A stretch of DNA of 64,000 nucleotides from Methanomassiliicoccus sp. (GTDB taxonomy: Archaea > Thermoplasmatota > Thermoplasmata > Methanomassiliicoccales > Methanomassiliicoccaceae): positions 6,479 to 70,478 of the forward strand of contig JAWQJJ010000010.1 in the NCBI GenBank assembly GCA_033485155.1, written 5' to 3'. Shown one piece after another: positions 59,492 through 64,000 of this stretch (position 1 is the stretch's first letter; every line of letters starts with the position of its first letter). Both the position numbers and the translations under genes were made by a program. The notes below the pieces were generated by a model. The model ran no database searches. It had not been told where the DNA came from and saw nothing but the letters and a program-made list of their open reading frames with translations.

Positions 59492-62464
59492 CTACTGCAC
59501 GTCCTTGGGTCCCTCCTTCTTATCGAGCTTCTCCCGCTTGCCCACGCGCTGCAGGCGGCCTGGAGCCCACCACGCCTTCTCTCCCATGAGGGACATGGCC
59601 GCCGGGACGATGTACGTCCTGACGATCATGGCATCGCAGAGAACGGCGAAGGCAAGGGCGAACCCGAACTCCTGGAGCATGGTGTTGGTAGAGAGCATCA
59701 ACGAGCCGAAGGCGCCAGCCATGATCAGCGCTAGGGCGGTGATTATGCCGCCGGTGGCTTCCACGGCGTCTATGACTGCGTCATTGGTGCCCTTCCCTTT
59801 GTGGGCTTCCTCCCGTATGCGGGTGAGAATGAACACGTTGTAGTCCATCCCTATCCCCATGAGCATGACGAACAGGATCAAGGGCACTAGGAACAGCAGC
59901 GGAACGTCCATCCACACCCCGAACACGAAGTAGGTCGCAGCGAAGGACCAGGCAATGCTCAAGGCGATGGAGACCACCGCGAACGCCGGCAGCAGTACGG
60001 ATCCAAGGACCAGCATCAGGACGATGAAGATCCCGATGACCACCAGGGTCTCGATGAAGGTGAACTGGTGGTTCATATCCACGCTGAGATCATGGATGAC
60101 GGCGCTCTGTCCTCCCACCAATATCTGCGTTCCGGACAGTATCGATTCGTTCCCTACCGCATTGTTCAGCTCGTCCCTCAGGGTCGGCATCAGGTTGACC
60201 GAGGCAGTGCTCATCGGCTCATCGGTCAGCGTCACGGTGATGAGTACGGTCTGATTGTTGGTGCCCACCATCGACAGTATTTTTTGCTGTATCTCTGCCG
60301 ATAGGCCGGAGAAATTGTGGTAGTCGACCAGCTCCCCGTACGGCCGGGTCGGGCTGGTGATTGACTGCACTTCATGATTCGCTGCTATGGTCGCGGTTAT
60401 GTTCTCTACCGCGTCCATATACTGCATGTTCAATCCGGTCCCATTGTAGATGGTGACGTCCGAAGAGTCCATGACCACATAGGTGGGCATGATGAGGCCT
60501 GCACCGAAGTCCTGAGACAGTGCGTGCAGACCATCCGTACTCTCGCTCGAGCCTATGCTGCCGATGAAATCGAAGCTGGTCTCGGCGGTCGCGTATATGT
60601 AGGCTGCCGGTAACGACGCAAGGATCGCCACGATGACGATGATCTTGGAATACTTCACGGCATTCGATGCGGCCCGGTGGAAGTAGCCACGATTGCCTGC
60701 CGCCTTCTTCTGGTTGTACTTTTCGCAGTACCTCTTCCATCTCTGGCCGTTGTTCGGCCAGAAGATGCGGTTGCCGAAGACCATGATCAGGGACGGCACC
60801 AGGGTCAGCGCGACCAACAGCGCAACGACGATGGCCAGGCCTAGGATGAGCCCCATCGTCTGGACCATGGAATACGAAGCGGTCGACATTGCCAGGAAGG
60901 CGATGATGACCGTGGCCCCGCTAGTAAGAATGGACTCCCCTGCCCAGGTGACCGCAGTATGTACCGCCTGCTCCCTGGTCGCCCCCTTGATCCGCTCTTC
61001 CTTGTAACGGGTCATGAGGAATATGGAGTAGTCGGTGCCCACACCAAGCAGGACGGTCACCAGCAGAGTTGTCACGAAGTACATCACGTTGGCGACGTAA
61101 GTGCCTATGAAGAACACCAGTGCCTCACTGATGCCTATCGCGATCGCCACCGCCCCCAGGGGGATCCACTGGGCTAGAACGGAGCGGAACATGATGCCCA
61201 TGAGCACGATGATGATGATGATGGTCAGGGGCTCGATGATCGCCAGGTCCCTCTCAGAGCTGGATTTCATATCCGAAGAGATGGCCGCATCACCAGTGAC
61301 ATAGGTGGTGATCGAGGAATGTTGTGCAGAATTGAGGTCGGAGACGATGTTTCTTATGACCTTCACATCGTCCAGTAGCGGCTTGTCCCCATCATCCGTA
61401 ACGTAGTTCGCATCAACGGTGAACCCGACCATGACCAGCATGGTGTGGTTATTGGAGGCCACAAAGCTGGATAGGTAGGTCGCCGGGATCTGCACCGGGT
61501 ACGAGGACAGCGTGCCGTTGGTCATGACGGAATGGGCGTACTCGTTCACCTTGGCCGCATCATAGGTCGGCCCTAGATTGTAGATGTCCTGGAGGAAGGT
61601 CATGTTGGTGATGCCGGCCTTCTGGCTTACCAGATTCAATGTGAACGAGTGGACCGCCGACTTAACCACCTCCGGGTTCGAGAACATCTGGAGGTTGAAG
61701 CTGCTCAGGGTCGCGTTCATTACCGGCTGATACTCGGAAGGGAGCTGGGATATGAATGTGGGCGCCACCATGCTGATAGAATAGTTAGCGCGGGCCATCG
61801 GATCTGACGACAGGGTCGGGGAGGCCGCGGTGGCATTCCACACGCCAGTGAAGGCATGATAGTATCCGTTGGCCATGGTCTTGTTGGAGGCATCGGCCGT
61901 CGCCAGAGCTTGCTCTAGGTATTGGCCGGTCGCCGCGTATGCGGCGCCGTCGACCTGGGCCGTCGTATAGCTCGGGTAGGTCGAATGGATGTATGCCCAG
62001 TTCTGCTCATAGATGTAAGGTATTCCGTAGAGCAGGAATGCACTGGTATTCACCTGGGTCTCGGCCGAGTACAGGTTCGGACCCAGTTGTTGGACATATC
62101 CGGCAATGACCAGGTCAGAGACCGAGTAGATCGAAGATATGTTGCCAAAATATGTGATGTCCTTGGACGACTCGATCCGTTCCTGGAGAGCAAGTACGTA
62201 ATCTCTTATCTCCGCATCGGTCACATTATCCGACTGCAACACGATGAATGCCGTACCATTGGCTACGGCCGTCTGGAAATTTTCATCTATTATGTCTTGA
62301 GCCTTCAAGGACTCGTAGCTGGAAGATGCCCCGTCTGTGATCTGGTAGCTCACGACGCTGTTCAATTGCATCATGGCTGGAATGGAGATCAACAGGACAG
62401 CTATCCAGAAGACCACGATGGCCTTGGGATGTTTGACGATCATGTTAGCCAATCTGTCCAACAT
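59492..62464 (-). CDS. MMPL-family (RND superfamily) membrane transporter
   Basis: 990 aa with two blocks of about 6 TM helices, each preceded by a large extracytoplasmic domain. Conserved ...GVGTDYSIFLMTRYKEE... and ...GIGMDYNVFILTRIREE... repeats. Confidence 0.85.
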   Translation of the reverse strand: MLDRLANMIVKHPKAIVVFWIAVLLISIPAMMQLNSVVSYQITDGASSSYESLKAQDIIDENFQTAVANGTAFIVLQSDNVTDAEIRDYVLALQERIESSKDITYFGNISSIYSVSDLVIAGYVQQLGPNLYSAETQVNTSAFLLYGIPYIYEQNWAYIHSTYPSYTTAQVDGAAYAATGQYLEQALATADASNKTMANGYYHAFTGVWNATAASPTLSSDPMARANYSISMVAPTFISQLPSEYQPVMNATLSSFNLQMFSNPEVVKSAVHSFTLNLVSQKAGITNMTFLQDIYNLGPTYDAAKVNEYAHSVMTNGTLSSYPVQIPATYLSSFVASNNHTMLVMVGFTVDANYVTDDGDKPLLDDVKVIRNIVSDLNSAQHSSITTYVTGDAAISSDMKSSSERDLAIIEPLTIIIIIVLMGIMFRSVLAQWIPLGAVAIAIGISEALVFFIGTYVANVMYFVTTLLVTVLLGVGTDYSIFLMTRYKEERIKGATREQAVHTAVTWAGESILTSGATVIIAFLAMSTASYSMVQTMGLILGLAIVVALLVALTLVPSLIMVFGNRIFWPNNGQRWKRYCEKYNQKKAAGNRGYFHRAASNAVKYSKIIVIVAILASLPAAYIYATAETSFDFIGSIGSSESTDGLHALSQDFGAGLIMPTYVVMDSSDVTIYNGTGLNMQYMDAVENITATIAANHEVQSITSPTRPYGELVDYHNFSGLSAEIQQKILSMVGTNNQTVLITVTLTDEPMSTASVNLMPTLRDELNNAVGNESILSGTQILVGGQSAVIHDLSVDMNHQFTFIETLVVIGIFIVLMLVLGSVLLPAFAVVSIALSIAWSFAATYFVFGVWMDVPLLFLVPLILFVMLMGIGMDYNVFILTRIREEAHKGKGTNDAVIDAVEATGGIITALALIMAGAFGSLMLSTNTMLQEFGFALAFAVLCDAMIVRTYIVPAAMSLMGEKAWWAPGRLQRVGKREKLDKKEGPKDVQ

Positions 62465-62517
62465 ACTGACACCTGAAACTTAGAGAGGGGTCACCGACGA
62501 AGATGTATAAAAATCTG

Positions 62518-62533
62518 TTTGAGTAAGCTCAAA
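62518..62533. promoter_or_regulatory. palindrome TTTGAG-TAAG-CTCAAA, candidate TetR operator
   Basis: Lies in the divergent MMPL/TetR intergenic region. Further ACTCAA(T)AT direct repeats at 62544-62552 and 62561-62570, and TCAA-TAT-TTGA at 62546-62556. Confidence 0.4.
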
Positions 62534-62658
62534 TTTAGAGTTCACTCAATATTTGATTATACTCAAATATGACTAACAACATCCACGGTCGTCTATTCAT
62601 CGACAAGAACGATTGCAACTATTATCACTCTCGGGTGGATACTGGAGAGCAGTTGACC

Positions 62659-63375
62659 ATGGGCAGAAAGATCGAGTCAATAATCACCAAAGTTCGCGAG
62701 GATAAGGGCAGAGGCCGTCTGGTCGGTCTCAACGAGCAGCGCAGGAACGAGACCACGGATAGGATCATCTGTGTATCGAAGGAGCTTTTCGCAAGAAACG
62801 GCTATGCCAAGACAACGACCCGCCAGATCGCCGAGGCCGCGGGGATATTGAACGGTAGCCTATTCCATCTATTTCCAACGAAGGAGGATATCCTCAAAGG
62901 TGTGATGGTCAGCATCTATAATGATGCATTGGAGGAAGCGGAACAGTATCTCAAGGGCAACAAGGACATCATCATCACGGTGGGTTACCCTGCGGCTCTG
63001 GAGCTGTATGCTGCCTACAAGGACCATCGCGCTTCAGAACTGCTGTTCGAGGCCCATTCGTCATGGAAGGTGATGAACGGCCTTGTCGATCGCTCGATCG
63101 ACTGGATGGAGAGCCGGCTGAACGGCTTCGCGTCCGATGAGGAGAAGGAAAGGTACAGGCTCGACTACATTATCATCTGGGGCTGTCTGTGCGCCCTGAT
63201 CTCCGAGTGCTACCACGGCCAGCCCAGGGGTTTCGATCCAGCACTGCGGTCCATCCTCAAAGTCATCTGCTCCCTCAATGACATATCGGTCGAGGACGCC
63301 GATTCAGTCGACGCCGAGCTGATCGAGATACTCCGCAACGGGAAGACCGTGATAAGCAAGTTCGATTTCAAGTAG
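62659..63375 (+). CDS. TetR/AcrR-family transcriptional regulator
   Basis: HTH region RIICVSKELFARNGYAKTTTRQIAEAAGILNGSLFHLFPTKEDIL. ATG 62659 preferred over 62569. Confidence 0.8.
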   Translation: MGRKIESIITKVREDKGRGRLVGLNEQRRNETTDRIICVSKELFARNGYAKTTTRQIAEAAGILNGSLFHLFPTKEDILKGVMVSIYNDALEEAEQYLKGNKDIIITVGYPAALELYAAYKDHRASELLFEAHSSWKVMNGLVDRSIDWMESRLNGFASDEEKERYRLDYIIIWGCLCALISECYHGQPRGFDPALRSILKVICSLNDISVEDADSVDAELIEILRNGKTVISKFDFK

Positions 63376-63536
63376 GGCGGAAAGGCTCCCGGGTCGGAGA
63401 TGGCTCCTGGGCCAGGGGGCTCATCCCCCGAGCCGCTGTTGGTAAGCTTCTCGCGTCGATTACTATGATCTCCGGGTTGGCGCGAAGAGCAAGAAAGGGC
63501 GCCTCATTGATGGGCGCGGAACGCTTCTGACCCCAC

Positions 63537-64000
63537 TTACTTCGTTCCGCCGTAGACCGCGAAGTTGTAGTACTTCCAGACGACGTCCAAGTCGCGGAAA
63601 CCGACATCGCCCATCCATCTCAGGTGATCGACAAGCTTTGCCGGACTGTCCTCCTGGCGGTAACGGGTGATATGCGCATGGTCGACCTCCTCGTGGGAGA
63701 AGCTCCGGTACATGAATTCCTTCCACTTCGCCATGTACACTTCCTGCAGGTCATCGTTCGAGGCGAGAACGAGGTCCGCGTTGTAGAAGCAGCCCCCCGA
63801 CCGGAGGGCATCGAAGACCTTGCGGTAGATGGCTTTCTTCTCCTCGTCGGAACCGATGTGATGAAGGGCCAGTGAGGACACTACCGCATCATATGGGCCG
63901 TCGAGCTGGAAATCATGGATGTCGGCGACCACGTACCCGACGTTATCATGGCCGCTCAAACGCTGCCTGGCAATGTCCAGCATCTCCTTGGTCATGTCTA
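63537..64000 (-). CDS. class I SAM-dependent methyltransferase, N-terminus beyond window end
   Basis: YDAVVSSLALHHI and ALRSGGCFYNADL are post-motif-I Rossmann-MTase elements. The frame is still open at base 64000, and motif I (GxGxG) is missing from the visible part. Confidence 0.7.
   Translation of the reverse strand, partial: DMTKEMLDIARQRLSGHDNVGYVVADIHDFQLDGPYDAVVSSLALHHIGSDEEKKAIYRKVFDALRSGGCFYNADLVLASNDDLQEVYMAKWKEFMYRSFSHEEVDHAHITRYRQEDSPAKLVDHLRWMGDVGFRDLDVVWKYYNFAVYGGTK

Overview
Gene-dense, G+C-rich archaeal chromosome segment. Gene content points to a euryarchaeon, possibly Thermoplasmata/Methanomassiliicoccales-like (lineage inferred, not verified): archaeal-type TrpRS, PheRS-alpha, ArgRS, aRF1, PurP, PdaD, DtdA, HdrCB, ribosomal S3Ae and L37e, LSm, and a tRNA with a bulge-helix-bulge intron. 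I call about 70 protein genes, 3 tRNAs (Gln-CUG, intron-containing Met-CAU, Ala-GGC), one pseudogene and a few hairpins or promoter-like boxes. I saw no rRNA, CRISPR array, transposase or integrase. Most worth a second look: (1) at the left edge, an E1-like gene, a ubiquitin-like gene whose Gly-Gly sits 6 residues before the stop, and an overlapping E2-like ORF missing from the supplied track and cut by the window edge. (2) A G+C-rich, ORF-poor ~345-nt core (12996-13340) within the 12933-13420 gap between pyrH and prf1, with a nested series of long-range complementary segments. It is a candidate large structured RNA that I could not fit to RNase P or SRP by hand. (3) A Ras/Rab-like small GTPase in an apparent operon with a V4R-DUF835 protein. 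(4) A 120-aa Lys/Ala/Pro histone-H1-like repeat protein with two perfect 67-nt internal direct repeats, behind a very AT-rich spacer. (5) Two tandem winged-helix + TPR paralogues sharing identical 41-nt DNA patches. (6) From tRNA-Ala (52.5 kb) to the right end, a visibly lower-G+C block with gene debris, an MFS exporter, a 1102-aa receiver-PAS-kinase and an MMPL/TetR pair. All calls rest on motif recognition by eye and hand translation; no database search, folding or statistics was run. Start codons are often uncertain, and coordinates counted by hand from the printed sequence may be off by about 1 nt.
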